From the human T2T-CHM13v2.0 reference genome, Homo sapiens: DNA of 64,000 bases. Below are positions 36,480-50,617 of this stretch, in pieces (the stretch's first letter is position 1; each line of letters opens with the position of its first letter). Both the position numbers and the translations under genes were made by a program. The stretch lies in assembly GCF_009914755.1 (NCBI RefSeq), contig NC_060944.1; one strand, 5' to 3'. The notes under the pieces are model-generated. The model did not search any database. It was not told the origin of the DNA and saw only the letters and a list, made by a program, of their open reading frames with translations.

Positions 36480-38310
36480 AACCTGAACTACGAGAAACGC
36501 TAAAAGACATGTTACCGGCTGAAGGAAAGTATTAGACAGAAACTCAGATTAATAGTAATGAACAAGGAGTACCAAAAAGGGTAAACATAAAATACTTTTA
36601 AATTATCTGTATTATATTATAGGAAATTTATTTAAAAGGCTATTGACCAAAACAAAAAATTTAATGAAAGTATACTGTAGGGTTTATAGCATATAATGGT
36701 AAAATAAATGACAACAAGTGCATAAAGGCTAGAAGAGAAGCAAATTTAGTGGTACTCTTACAAATCATTACAGGCATGGGAAGGCATATAACTGTGACAA
36801 TTAAAATTTTTTATTATTACACAGAACAACTATTTTTAAATTATGTAAATATGTAGAGCTAAGAAAAATAAGGAGACTAGGTAAAATGGAATAGTGGGGG
36901 GAAAAAACTTCATTTATCCAAAAGATGACAGGAAATGAGAAGCAAAGCAAAAAGCAAAAAAGGTGAGAGAATAAAAATGAATATCAAGGCAATAGACATA
37001 AACTCAACAACAATAATAATTACATTAAATTTAAGTGGGAAGAAAAGACCATTGAAAGGCAGAGACTGACAAAACAAAAAGTAAGATCCAACTATTTAAT
37101 ATTTGTGGTCTAAGAGAATCCTCTAAATATAAAGACACAAACAGATTGAAAATGTAAGGTGGGAAAAGGATCTAACAAGTAAACTTAAAGCAAAGGAAAG
37201 CTGGCTATAATATTAGTATCAGATAAAGTAAATTTTAAAGCAGAAAGTATCACAAGAGATAAGAAAGGACGTTTCACAATGATGAAAGAAGAAATTCATC
37301 CAGAAGACATAATCTCAAATTATGCATCAAATAACAGTTCTTCAAAATACATTAGTTTATTAAGCAAAAACTAACACAACTGAAGGAAGAAATAGTCAAA
37401 TCTACAATCCTAATCAGAGATCTAGGCAAAAAGATTTACAAGGTTTATACGTGATAAAGGACTTATATAGAAAACATATCAAAATCTCTTACAACTCAAT
37501 AAGAAAACAGAAAAAAATCCAATTTAAGATATGCACAAAAGACTTAAATAGACACATCATAAAGGAAGATACAACAATGCCCAATAAACACATGAAAAGA
37601 TTCTCACCACCATTACTCATCAGGGAAATGAAAATTAAAAACGCAGTGAAATGTCACTCTACACCTACTGGAAGAGCTAAAATCCACAAGGCAAGGATGT
37701 GAAGGAACTGAAACTCTAATAAATTGTTGATTGGAGGTAATATATCATAACCAGTTTGGAAAACAATTTGCCTTATAACCCAATAATACCATTTTCAGGT
37801 ATTTACCAAGGAGGAAAGAAAACATCTGCTGAAAACAAAGCAGCTTTATTCATAGTAGCCAAAATCTGGAAACAACCCAAACGTCTATCACCAGGTAAAC
37901 ATGTAAACAAATTGTGGATGTTCATGCAATGGAATGCTAGTCAGCAATAAAAAGAACAAACTACTGAGACACACAACATGAATGAATCTCAAAAAACATC
38001 ACATTGATCAAAAGAAGCCAAATGCAAAGAGATTGCATTGTGTGATGCCATTTATAGGAAACTCAAGAATGGGCAAACTAAGCTAGTGATAGAAATTAAA
38101 AAACAGTTGCCTCTAGAGAGGGGGAGGTAGAATTGCTAGAAAGGGGCATGAAGGGATTTGCTGGAGTGATAGAAAATGGTCAATAGCTTGTTGGGGATGG
38201 TGGTCATGAATGTGGAACCTTGTCAAAACTCATCAAACAGTAAGAATAGTAAAATTTCTTCATTTTACTTTATAGTATGCAAATCATACCTCAGATCAAA
38301 AATAGAAAAA
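36480..38310 (+). mobile_element. L1ME-type fragments (ORF1 end/ORF2 start joined to 3' end)
   Basis: ataattacattaaatttaagtgg; gctggctataatattagtatcagataaagta; ORFs 37451-37702 and 37756-37950 are ORF2 C-terminal relics. Confidence 0.85.
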
Positions 38311-38367
38311 TTCAAACATTAAGGAACTTGAAATCTTTACGTCAATCAAATATTGCTTCAATAATGT

Positions 38368-38721
38368 TGATGTGGTTTGGCTGTGTCCCCACCTAAATCT
38401 CAACTTGAATTGTATCTCCCAGAATTCCCACATGTTGTGGGAGGCACCCAGGGGGAGGTAATTGAATCATGGGGGCTGGTCTTTCCCATGCTATTCTCTT
38501 GATAGTGAATAAATCTCATGAGATCCGATGGGTTTATCAGGGGTTTCCGCTTTTCCATCTCTCTCATTTTCTCTTGCCGCTACCATGTAAAAAGTGCCTT
38601 TCATCTCCTGCCATGATTCTGAGGCCTCCCCAGCCATGTGGAACTGTAAGACCAATTAAACCTCTTTTTCTTCCCAGTCTCAGGTATGTCTTTATCAGCA
38701 ACATGAAAATGAACTAATACA
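38368..38721 (+). mobile_element. THE1A-like MaLR solo LTR (354 bp)
   Basis: tgatgtggtttggctgtgtcccc...gaactaataca; perfect 5-bp TSD aatgt at 38363-38367 and 38722-38726. Confidence 0.95.
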
Positions 38722-38726
38722 AATGT

Positions 38727-39080
38727 CAAGTACCAAACAATTCCAAAACTTAGTGGTTTACAACAGCAAACATTTGCTTCTGCTCACAAGTGTGCAGGTT
38801 GACCAGTAGTACTTGGGGACTCATCTTATCTGGAGGCTACAGCAGCCACCCAGGGCAAGTTCTTCTCATGGCACTGGCAAAAGCAGAAGAGAAATAAGCA
38901 GTGACAGCCCTTAGAGCCTCAGCTTGTAACTAGCAACCTGTCATATCCACCTTCCATTGGCCAAAGCAAGTCAACTGACCAAGGCCAAAGCCAATGGACC
39001 AGAAAAGATACCTTACCCCCAGTGAACAATGGCAAGAGTGGAGAGGGAGGAAAAACTTAGGACATACAATACAATCTCAT
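38727..39080 (-). mobile_element. Old MLT1 LTR (host of THE1A; resumes from ~38340)
   Basis: ccaaaacttagtggtttacaacagc; ccattggccaaagcaagtca. Confidence 0.7.
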
Positions 39081-42000
39081 TAATCCAAATTAGTGTGAGA
39101 GGTGAAACAGAAACCGGGTCTCCGGACAACAAGCTCAGTGCCTCTGCCTCAGGCCACGCTGTCTCCACATTGTCTGGAAGCCAACAAGCTGGACTCCAGC
39201 TGTGTTCCAGGGGAAAGTTCCAGCACATCTTCCCACTCCCTGACAGGGAAGGGTGATAAGCCCAGAATACCACAGTGCTCCATACAGATATAAGATAGAA
39301 AGCCTCACTTTGGTTTTCCTAATGTTTGTTCCCCACACAGTCTAGAGGCTGACTCTGGGGAGCAACGGAGCTCACCCCTTGCATTGGGAGAAGAAACATT
39401 TGTTAATGGAAAGAAATGCAATACAGCCATCTAATGGATCCCAGATATCATAGGCCTACCTACTGCTTCCCTGCGAACATCTGAAGTAAATCACAACATA
39501 AAGGGCTGTTGTGTTTGTTTCACCTGGGTAGTTTCAATTTGAGCAAAGATGGGCACCCTCAAGGGTGGGGAGCAGCAGGTGCATGAGTTCTGTCACTGGA
39601 TGTGGTTAATGGCTTGCAGCAGGTGCTTTTCACCTTTTGGGGGATAAATATTGAGCCCATCCCCAGCTTAAACAGCCAAGGAGATGAGATGTAATTCTGT
39701 TCCAAGAAATGAGTAGAAACTAAGGCCAATTTTTGCCCACCTACAAGGGGAAAGACTGTGATGGTCATTTCTTCTGCACATACTTATATAAATCAACCAG
39801 AAATTCCAGTCTCAATGTTCCTTTTGCTCATGTCAAACCATTTTCTCCTTGTGAACACAAAGTAAGCATAGCAAAGGCCTCCAGGGTCAAGCTCCCTTCC
39901 CACAAAATTATGGTCTGACCCTGGCAAGTGACCTGAGCTTCCTCAAGTTCTCCTGACTTGAGACATTTGTCCACATTCCAGTCAACTGAAGAAGTAATTT
40001 GATCTCATTCACTCTTCCAACAATCAACAATTGCTCACCTGCCAGGTGTCAGGAACTCTGCTGAGCTCTGGGGACAAAGATGTAAATAAGAAAACCATGG
40101 TCCCTTCCTTCCCAGAGCTTGTACAGGAGGAGACAAGACCGACAGAGACTAAACAGCTCCGGTGTGGTAGGAGTTAGGAAGCTGAACTGCACAGGTGCCT
40201 TCTGAGCCTCCTGAGCCACCTTAAGGACTCACACATTAACCCTAAGGCAGAGGGGAGTCATTTAAGAAGCAGCAGTCTGCGGCCACCGGCTGAGGCTGCA
40301 GTATTTTTTCCAAGAACCGCTGTGTATCAAAATGACGCTGCAGCTTCCACAGCCCTCAGGGAGCTTCATCCCGCTCTGCAGGGTTTCAAGCTGGAGAGCC
40401 TTCAGATGCACTTAAATTTTTACAAATGCCGTAAGTGGTGAAGTTGAGGGTGGATGCATTCTCTCTGGCCACACCCCACAGAGATTGGAAACAGCCTTTA
40501 GGGGTCTCAGGAGCGTCTGACTGAGGGGGGTAGTGGTCCCAGAGACCGCACACAGGCCCCTCTTACACTCTCACACCTCTCAAAGACTGAGAAGAAAAAA
40601 ACCACCCTCACATTGTGATGCAGCGTCTTCCTTGCCAGGCCAGGTGTTTCTTGAAAAATCACCAGAGGGATTCTTGGTTAACACCCAGGCTCTACACTCA
40701 GCCCGCTGTGTGGCTTTGGGAAAATGACTTAAATCTTCATCTCCTTTTCAGTTTTCCATTAAATGAGTAAAGCAAACTTGAAAGTCTGGGGCCTCTCTGA
40801 CATTCATGAACTATCATGGGAACTCTGGTAATACAAAATAAAATAAAATAAAAGTGAACTTCGCTTGGAAAATGTGGCTGGAAAGATATCTTATAGTTTC
40901 AATCAGTTATTCCTCAGAAGGCTTGTCTATGTAATAGCTTAGGACCAGGACCACACAAAAACAGTAACAGTGGTGTGTTTTTTTGGGGGGTGGAGGGAGG
41001 TCAGAGAGTTAGGGTTTGTCCCTTGCCTAGAATGTTATATTTAGAAGAAACTATTATCAGCCAAAATTTGGTATTTGGAATTATATTTATAAACCAACAC
41101 ACACAGTTCGGGCATGTTTCATTTAGCTCCCTAAGTATGAACAGGAATGCCCGGGTCAGATATGGAAAGTGATTTATGGTAATGTGTGCAGAGAACGAGG
41201 AGGCAGGCGGTATTGGAGCCTCAGAGGGGCTTAGGAGCTTGACACCAAACCAGTGGAATTGATTAAGGGAGATTTCATTTCCTCTGACTGTGTGGGAACT
41301 CTATCAGAGAGGGCATTTGGGGAAATGATTCTTACAATTTGTTCCCAGAGTAACCCGGAATAACAGTTTTGCCTTGCAGCTGAAACAGCCCTTCAGGGAA
41401 AGGCCCATCATGCCAAGGCAGTGTCAGAATTTTCCTCCAAGCCGGCTCTGCTCATACCTCAGGCTGGGAGCGAGGTCTACACCAAAGTGTGGGATGGGTC
41501 AGGGGCTCGGACTCCTTGGCCCCCACTTCCCACCCTCAGCACTCTGCATATCAGCAACATGGGAAAAGCACCAGAGGTGATTCATTACATCTGCCAAGAG
41601 TTGATCCAGAATAAAGGACCATACCCTCACTTCTGTTTAAAGGCTCCAGGCCAGCCTCGCCTCTGGGTTTATGCACAGGGTTTTACTCTGATGTCAGAGG
41701 ACCTGAATGTGAGTACACGCACGTGTGCATGCGCGCATACATACTCTCCATTAGCATCTGAATTCTCCTCTTCCCTTTCTTCTTCTACCAAATATTAGGC
41801 AGCTTCTGTTACATTCTGGACACTTGATCTCGTAGTCAAGGTATCAGTTTGGAGATGGTGTTTGAAATGGGTGTAAACCAGCTCTCAGTGGGAAGTGACC
41901 TGGATAAGGAGAAGAGGGTGTGAGTATTTGAAGTTCTCTCAGTTGAGGGGGAATCAATGGGAACCTTGTGAAATCATTAGCGGAAATCCCAAAGGCACTC

Positions 42001-42240
42001 AGGACTGGGTCACTAATCATTTCATATCTGGGATCAAAGATTCAAAGTCTTTTATTTTTCTTCATCTGCCTTTGTTTTTAAACCAAGTAGAGAGAATAGG
42101 GAGGACAACTTACTCTATGACAAAAGAAGAAAATGTTTTTCTGTAAAAGAAATGTGTTATTTCTTGAATGGTCAGCAAGATTATACACAGTGGCCTCCTC
42201 CTGTCCAGGGGAAAAGCCAGCCAGCCTCAGGCCTTACCAC

Positions 42241-42705
42241 GTGTAGAAGGAGGAACAGCAGTCCTTCAAAGATGACCACATCCTAATCCCTGGAACCTGT
42301 GACTATGTTGCTTTACACAGGTAGAGACTTTGAAGATGTGGTAAAGTCAAGCATCTTGAGAACAGAAGATTCCTCTGGGTTATCTGGGTGGACCCAATAT
42401 CATCACAAGAGTATTCATAAGGAGGCAAGAGGGGTAAGAGTCAGAAGAGGAGAAGGCTGTGTCATGATGGAAGAAGAGGTGTACAGAGCCAGAGGGAGGA
42501 GATGCTAAGAGGCCATGAGCCAAGGAATCTAGGTGACTTCTAGAAGCTGGAAAAGGCAAGGCAATAGATTCTCCCCTAGAGCCTCTAGGTGGAATTCAGC
42601 CCTTCAGCATTTTGATTTTAGACTTCTGACCTACAGACTGTAAATGAAATTTTTGTCTTAAGCCACTGCATTTGTGATAATTAGAACATTAATAGGAAAA
42701 TGATA
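42241..42705 (+). mobile_element. MLT1C/D-like LTR
   Basis: cacatcctaatccctggaacctgtgactatgtt...agaagctggaaaaggcaaggcaatagattctcccctagagcc. Confidence 0.88.
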
Positions 42706-42759
42706 GAAACTGATAAGAAACTAAGACACTATGTTACTATAAGACCATTTGGCTTCCAG

Positions 42760-43140
42760 CTACCAGCCTCTGCTTTGCTTTCTGAGACCACTCGTGCCTG
42801 TGGCATGCCAGAAGTGCTTGTAGAGTGACTGTCACCACCTCCTCCCAAGGGCTATCAAACAATGACTGATGGGAGCTGGTGAATACAAATCCCAGCTCCC
42901 TTGCCCTTGGGTGGAATAACTTTGCAGTGTGGGTTCTACACAAGCTCTCCAAGTTCCCCAATGGGATTAAGCTCCAGGTGCCCAGTGGCAGCGGGGTTGG
43001 TTAGCCTGGTTACCAGCTGCCTTCTCTTCCCTGTCTCAGTTTCCCAGTGCCCTCCAGGTGCCTCCTGGGATCATCTTCCAAATATACTACTTGTGCTTGA
43101 ATCCTTGTCTCATGGTCTTCTTCTCAGGGAACTCTAAGTT
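42760..43140 (+). mobile_element. LTR16-like (ERVL) LTR
   Basis: gggagctggtgaatacaaatcccagctcc; tcctgggatcatcttccaaatatactacttgtgcttgaatccttgtctc. Confidence 0.7.
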
Positions 43141-44680
43141 GGAATATGACCAGAGCCCTGCTCTCCTTAGCTGGAATCACTCACTTGAGTCAAATGACTC
43201 AAGCAAGAACCACCAGACAGCCATAGCATGGAACATAAAACCCAAATAGACAGACAAGTGGCCTTAAACAAAAGAGTGCTCAGTCCTGTGGCAGCCTCCT
43301 GACCAAGCTGCTCCCACCTGGTTTCTCTCAGTCTCCACCTGTCTTACGTTCTGTGAGCTTCCCAATGAACCACGTTCTCTTAAGTTACCCAAAGTTAATT
43401 CCTGTAACCAACTTTGTGATCAAAAAACCTTATCAGACAGAGAATTATGGAAGGAGTGAAGGGAGAAGGTACACTTTTGGAAAAACAGAATGGGAACTGT
43501 GCCCCAAGAGTAGAAGACACATAATCAGACTTAATACCGAGCAGACTGGAATAAACATCGGCTTTCAGTGTTTCTCAAATGGAAGACTCCAAGGCATCCA
43601 TTCTGCCCTTTCTCTGCCAGTGTCAGCCCCTCCCTCAGGAAGGACAATATCTAGGTGAGGCCACATGATTTTTCTATGAGGATTGACTGAACATGGGATT
43701 TTGGTCATTTAAATCTTGGGTGAATTATTTAACGAGCAGAAATGCAGGTGCCCAGGAGATCTTCCCTTTCTATTACGCAATGAGTGGAGGTGATGGGAAC
43801 CCCTTTTTCTGTTGTTTTGGGTAGACCCATGATAGACTGAGCTCATGATATGTAGGGCTTGATCCTTGGTATCAGAAAAAAATAATAGGGGAGAGAAGCA
43901 CAGCTGTTATCATCAAGAAACCTGTACAAGACTCATTCATTAGTTTATGGACAACAATGAAATATGTTGAAATAATGCAAATGACACTTAGATTCTAGAG
44001 ACCTGATTTCTAGTTCAGCTAGTAACAGTAAACTTTGGCAAGCAACTTCACCTCTCTGTAGTCTCCATTTTCTTCAATTGTCAAGTGATTGGACAATGTG
44101 ATTACTCCATGGCCTTATGACTATAGAAGAACATCATATTGGGGTGATCCAGTGCCAGCAAACCTATCACGGCCAACTGTTATGGTCATGAAATTAAGTA
44201 AGCGTATTTCCTCCAATGGCCTGCATGGTTGCTTCCTCATCATACCCAGCCTCCAGTAACCTGGGAGTTTAAAACTAGGAATCTAATTATTTTCTTTCAA
44301 CATGAAATAGAGGCCGAAGAAATGGAGGTACAGCTCTAAGCTTAATTTCAATTCCAAATAACATAGACCAGTGTTGTAGGTGAATGTATCAGCTTTGAAA
44401 GAGAAAAAAAGTTTAAAAAATCTTATTCTTCATTAGGTATAGAATGAAAACATTTCTATTCCCTCCAGAAAGCAAGGGCATTTGGCTTCTAAAGCTGCTT
44501 TAAAAGAAATATGTTCATTTTGGAGAGACATAAGCTAACTACTTTCCATAAAATTGCTACTTCTTAGGACTGTAGCTAAAACCTGTAATCTGCTGAACCA
44601 ATTCATTTAGCAAACATTTTGAGCACTTGCTATACCCCAGACACAGTCAAGTAGTGGAATACAAAGCTATATAATATTTA

Positions 44681-44997
44681 AAGTTCTTTCCTTATCTTGG
44701 GAGTATACGTTCTAAGATCCCCAATGGATGCCAGAAACCGTGAATAATATTGGACCCTAAAGATCATATAATTTTTTCCTACACATACATACCTATAATA
44801 AACTTTAATTCATAAATTAGGCAGAGCAAGAGATTAACAACAATAACTAATAATAAAATAAAACAATTGTAACAATATACTGTAATAAAAGTTACGTGAA
44901 TGTGGTCTCCACGATCTCTTTCAAAATATCTTATTGTACTGTACTGCACATAACTAAAATCATAGAAAATAAAACCATGAAGAAGGAGGTACTAGTG
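44681..44997 (+). mobile_element. MER44A (TcMar-Tigger) MITE
   Basis: cttatc...atacgttctaagatccccaatggatgcc...aattaggcagagcaagagattaacaacaataac; TA at both ends. Confidence 0.85.
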
Positions 44998-45374
44998 TAA
45001 TCTCTTTTATCTGAAAACTCACATCTATTTATTTAGTGCACAACTACATTCTGGGAACTTATTATGTCCTAGAAACAAATAAAACATAATGAACAAGGCA
45101 CAGTCTCTGCCTTCAGGTGGCTCCCATGCCAGTGGCCAAAAGGGTCAAGAATAATGGGCTATTCTTATACTTTAGAGAGACAGATGTATACGCACAAGAT
45201 TCTGGTCTAAATTCCTGCATAATTTTACTTTTATTTTCATTTAAATTTCACCAAAATGAAGAACATTGATATCAATTTCTCCTTCCCAAATGACAGTACT
45301 TCTTGTGTTCAAATTCCATTTAAGTCCCAGCAAGGTTCAAAAAATTACTTTGTGATCTGTGTAATTTTAGATTG

Positions 45375-45590
45375 ATGGAGCAATATTTGTATGTGATTTG
45401 TTAACTCCTCATCTCCCATTTACTAGCTGTGCAACATCAAGCAAGTTGCCTCACTTCTCTGTGCTTCCTTTTTACACCTATTTCACATTGAGGTGAGGAG
45501 TTGCTACAGCAACTAAATGAGTTAATTTATGCAAAGCACTTAAAACAGAGCCTGCTGGATATATCCCAAGTTTACAACAAAAGTTAAATA
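45375..45590 (+). mobile_element. MIR
   Basis: catttactagctgtg...gcaagttgcctcacttctctgtgcttc...taaatgagttaatttatgcaaagcactt. Confidence 0.75.
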
Positions 45591-45682
45591 TTATTTTTGA
45601 ATGTTTGAATTTCAGACATTCAACCAAAATGGGCAGTAAACTAATTTCTAAGGACTACATGTCTATTGACTATGAAACTTTC

Positions 45683-46170
45683 TGTATTAGTTATCCATTG
45701 CTACGTAACAAGCCACCCCAAAACTCTGTGGCTTAAAACAATAATCACGGATTACTTCATGATTTCTGTGAGACAGAAATTTAGGAGCAGCTTAGCTGGG
45801 CAGTTCTGCCTCAGGGTCTCTCACGACATCGCAGTCAGGTGGTGACTGAGACTGGGGTCATCTCAAACAGGTGTGGGCTGGAACAACTCGCCCTGTCTCC
45901 ATGCAGTCCCCCCACAAGGCCTGACAAGCATGGGAGTTGCAGGTAGCCAGACTTCTCACACAGTGGTTCAGAGCTCCCAAGTCTCATGGACAGAGAAAGA
46001 GAGAAAGTAAGAGCTATATCACTTTTGAGAATCAAACCACAGAAGTCACATAGCATCACTTCCACCATAATCTGTGGTGGTAACAAGCCCTCCCCCGATC
46101 CCTACCCAGATTCAAGAGGAGGGAATGTAGTTCCACCTTTCAGTGGGAGGAGTGGTTGTCACATTATGAG
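45683..46170 (-). mobile_element. MLT1 (F/G-like) LTR
   Basis: tgtattagttatccattgctacgtaacaagccaccccaaaactctgtggcttaaaacaa; gaagtcacatagcatcacttccacc. Confidence 0.8.
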
Positions 46171-46253
46171 AAGAGCATGTAAGACGGGAGAGAGATGATA
46201 GGTAGATAGGTAATAGATCGATAGAGAGAGAGAGAGAGAGATGGATGATAGAA

Positions 46254-47570
<1,317 letters not shown>

Positions 47571-49021
47571 GACAGACATCAACTCCGACGATGAAAAATT
47601 AACAGGAGATCTATGAAACTCGGCACCAAGCTGTCCTCCACAACCTACCAAAGCCAGAGGGTGGAAGAAGGGACAAATGTCAGCTGCAGCAGGTGTCCTG
47701 GTGAAGCCCCTGATACCTGGGCATGGGGCACCTTCATCTGCACTGCCCTGAGGAACTGTGGGCTGTTGGAGATGCCAGCAAGCTTGGCTGTGTGCTGTGG
47801 TGAACATGAATGTGTACCGGACCCTGAGCAAGGCAGGCATGGCCCTGATTTCACAGTACTAGGGAATCAGTCTGTGACAATGGTCACTGTTTCCTTCTGG
47901 GTGAGTCTTAATACATCTAATGGCCAAAATGCAGGTGCCAGGAGCAAGAGAGCTTTGTTTTGTTTGCTGATGAATACCCTGATGGGCCTAGATAAGTTAC
48001 TGGCCCATAATGTGCCCTCAATAAATATTTGTTGAATGAATGTATACTTCAAAGTCCCAATATAAACCATTGATCCTTACAAGGGGCTTCCCTGTTCTCC
48101 TCCCTACGTGTGAAGAAAGAAGGATCTACTTCCACAGCTTGCAATAATGATAAAAGTCATTTAAAGACTTCTTTAAAAATAACTCATTTGAAAAAAAGAA
48201 ATCAAGACTCAATTGGCATCTTGTCCCTCAGAGCAGAGCAATCAAGCTAGGGCTGCCCTCTGTGGCTGCAGAGGGACTCCCTTCAATCCAGAGCCACCAG
48301 AGCAATGGAAAAGAAACAGGATAATTGAATGCCTGGCCCAGGCTTCATTGCAGTGTTTGGTCTCTGTCGAGCCACCGAGGAGAACTCTGAAGGCCAATTT
48401 GCAGGTTGATGCTTGGGGTCAGGTGTGGGGCTTTTCTGCCAGGAACGAAACTCAGCGATAATTTGGGGCCTGACTCAGGACCTGATTCTGATCCTATCTT
48501 GCTTCTCTTCCTCCTAAGAAGTCTGCCCTGTGCAGGGGACCTGAGGAGAATAGCTGCTAATGAGCCCAGTGCCATTTTGGGGGCTTTGCATTCTTTATTG
48601 CAAGGTCACCCAGTGGTACTCTATATTCTAGAGCCCAGCCACAGCACCGTGAAAAAGAGCCAGAGAAGAAGCCCATTGGTTGTTGCAGGGCGAACCGCGA
48701 GAGTGCCAAGCATCCAAATACGGAAGAGGAATAAAATGAATCCTGCCATTGGTGGCACATATAGCCAGGCCTGCTGTTGTCAGGTTAAAGTCAGGCCATG
48801 TGCCATATAATGTCAACCAAACATTTCCAGCACCTGGTTGACCTCACATTCATAGCCAGGCACACGAAAACACATCTACACACAGAGAGGGGAACACCGT
48901 GCTCACTCAAAGCTGAGATGTTTGTGTCAGCCCTGAGCAAGTGAGCTGAGGGTAGCTATAATCAGACCACTGGGACTTATCTCAGCAGTTTTCAAGGCAA
49001 TGCCTTGACCTTTTTAAAAGA

Positions 49022-49165
49022 TTTTTTTTCTTTTTTTTTTTTTTAAATAGAGACAAGGTCTCTGTATGTTACCAAGTTTGGTCTCAAACTCTTGGGCTCA
49101 AATGCTCCTCCTGCCTCGGCCTCCCAAAGTCCTGAGTTTACAAGTGTGGGTCACCACACCTGGCC
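49022..49165 (-). mobile_element. Free left Alu monomer (FLAM)
   Basis: Single left arm with its own poly(T); TSD tgcctt(g/c)acctttt at 49001 and 49166. Confidence 0.88.
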
Positions 49166-49538
49166 TGCCTTCACCTTTTAAAAAAAAGCAGAAGACATTT
49201 TGCTACATGCAAATAAATAAATAAAAGCAGAGTAAGAACTGGGAAACCAGCCTGACATCCTAAGCCATGTGAAAATTATATTTTCACACCGTGAATTCAA
49301 GTCTTTCAGAGAAGTAGAACATTACAGAAAGATCTCTACAACTCATATGATACCCCCTCAGCCTTAATAAAGTACCTAAGGAATGTACTACATGGTGCTG
49401 ATTTCTTCTTAGTTTATTGCAAAAACTCCCCATCCAAATTATTTGAGGAGAATGAACTTTTTTAGTGTTTGTCTTAAAGGACAAGATCACTTGAGGGAAA
49501 TCCGAAATGTCAGATTTGTTCAAGCAATATATACTTGA

Positions 49539-49830
49539 GGCTGGGCACAGTGGCTCACACCCGTAATCCCAACATTTTGGGGGGCCAAGGTGGGCCGATC
49601 GCTTGAGCCCAGTCATTCAAGCCCAGCCTGGGCAACGACATAGTAAGACCCTGACTCTACAAAATAATACAAAAATTAGCTGGGTGTGGTAGTACGCACC
49701 TGTAGTCCCAGCTACTTGGGAGGCTGAGGTGAGAGGATCACTTGAGTCCAGAAGGAAGAAGTTGAGCCTAGATCATGCCACTGCACTCCAGCCTGGGTGA
49801 CAGAGTGAGACCCTGTCTCAGAAAAAAAAA
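49539..49830 (+). mobile_element. AluJ
   Basis: gatcgcttgagccc and ggatcacttgagtcc diagnostics; TSD atatatacttga at 49527-49538 and 49840-49851. Confidence 0.95.
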
Positions 49831-50016
49831 GATATAGATATATATACTTGATTTGGGCACATTTTTGAATTTAGGGATGAATATAGATATTTTGGATGCT
49901 AAGAATTCATACCTTAGAGAAGAAAAAGAAAGAAACTAACTGAAACCCAATGGTGAAAGGGCAGCCTACCCTGCTTCCTCCACCTTTCAATGACTAGGAA
50001 CAAATCTCTTTCTCTT

Positions 50017-50617
50017 TCTTTCTCAAAAAAACAAAAAAAAAACAAAAACAAACAAACAAAAAAAAAACTTATGGAGTCAGGAGTACAAGGGCAATTTTAC
50101 TACATGGATACCTTGCATAGTGGTAAAGTCTGAGCTTTTAGTGTACCCATTACCCAAATAATGTACATTGTATTGTGCTCAACAGGTAATTTCTCATCCC
50201 TCATCTCTCTCCCACCCTCCCACATTTTCAAGTCTCCAGTGTCTATCATTCCACTCTCTACATCCATATGTATATGTTATTTAGCTCCCACTTATAAGTG
50301 AGAACATGTGATATTTGATTTTCTGTTTCTGAGTTATTTCAGAAAAATAGGGCCTCAAATTTCATCTATGTTGCTGGAAAAGAGACGTGATTTCATCCTT
50401 TTTTATGGCCACATAGTATGTCATGGTGTATAGGTACCACATTCTCTTTACCTAATCATCCATTGATGGACATTTGATTCCATGATTTTTGCTATTGTAA
50501 ACAGTGCTGTGATAATCATGAGTGCAGGTGTCTTTATATAAAGCTTTCTTTTCCTTTGGGTCGATGCCCAGTATTGAGATTGCTGGATCCAATGGCAAGT
50601 CTATTTTTAGCTCTTTG
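50017..50617 (-). mobile_element. 5'-truncated L1PB/L1MA-type 3' end
   Basis: atttagctcccacttataagtgagaacatgtg; perfect 16-bp TSD caaatctctttctctt at 50001-50016 and 50618-50633. Confidence 0.93.

Noticed and set aside
41421-41798. 125-aa ORF with an internal gtgagt donor
   Set aside because: GTG start, no recognisable homology; splice signals only moderate
42871-42900. 9-bp hairpin gggagctgg...ccagctccc
   Set aside because: Lies within an LTR16-like element; too short for a pre-miRNA
47613-48810. 140-aa and 134-aa ORFs in a slightly GC-richer patch
   Set aside because: No recognisable protein family; the first runs into an L2 end and the second has a non-ATG start; expected by chance in 64 kb
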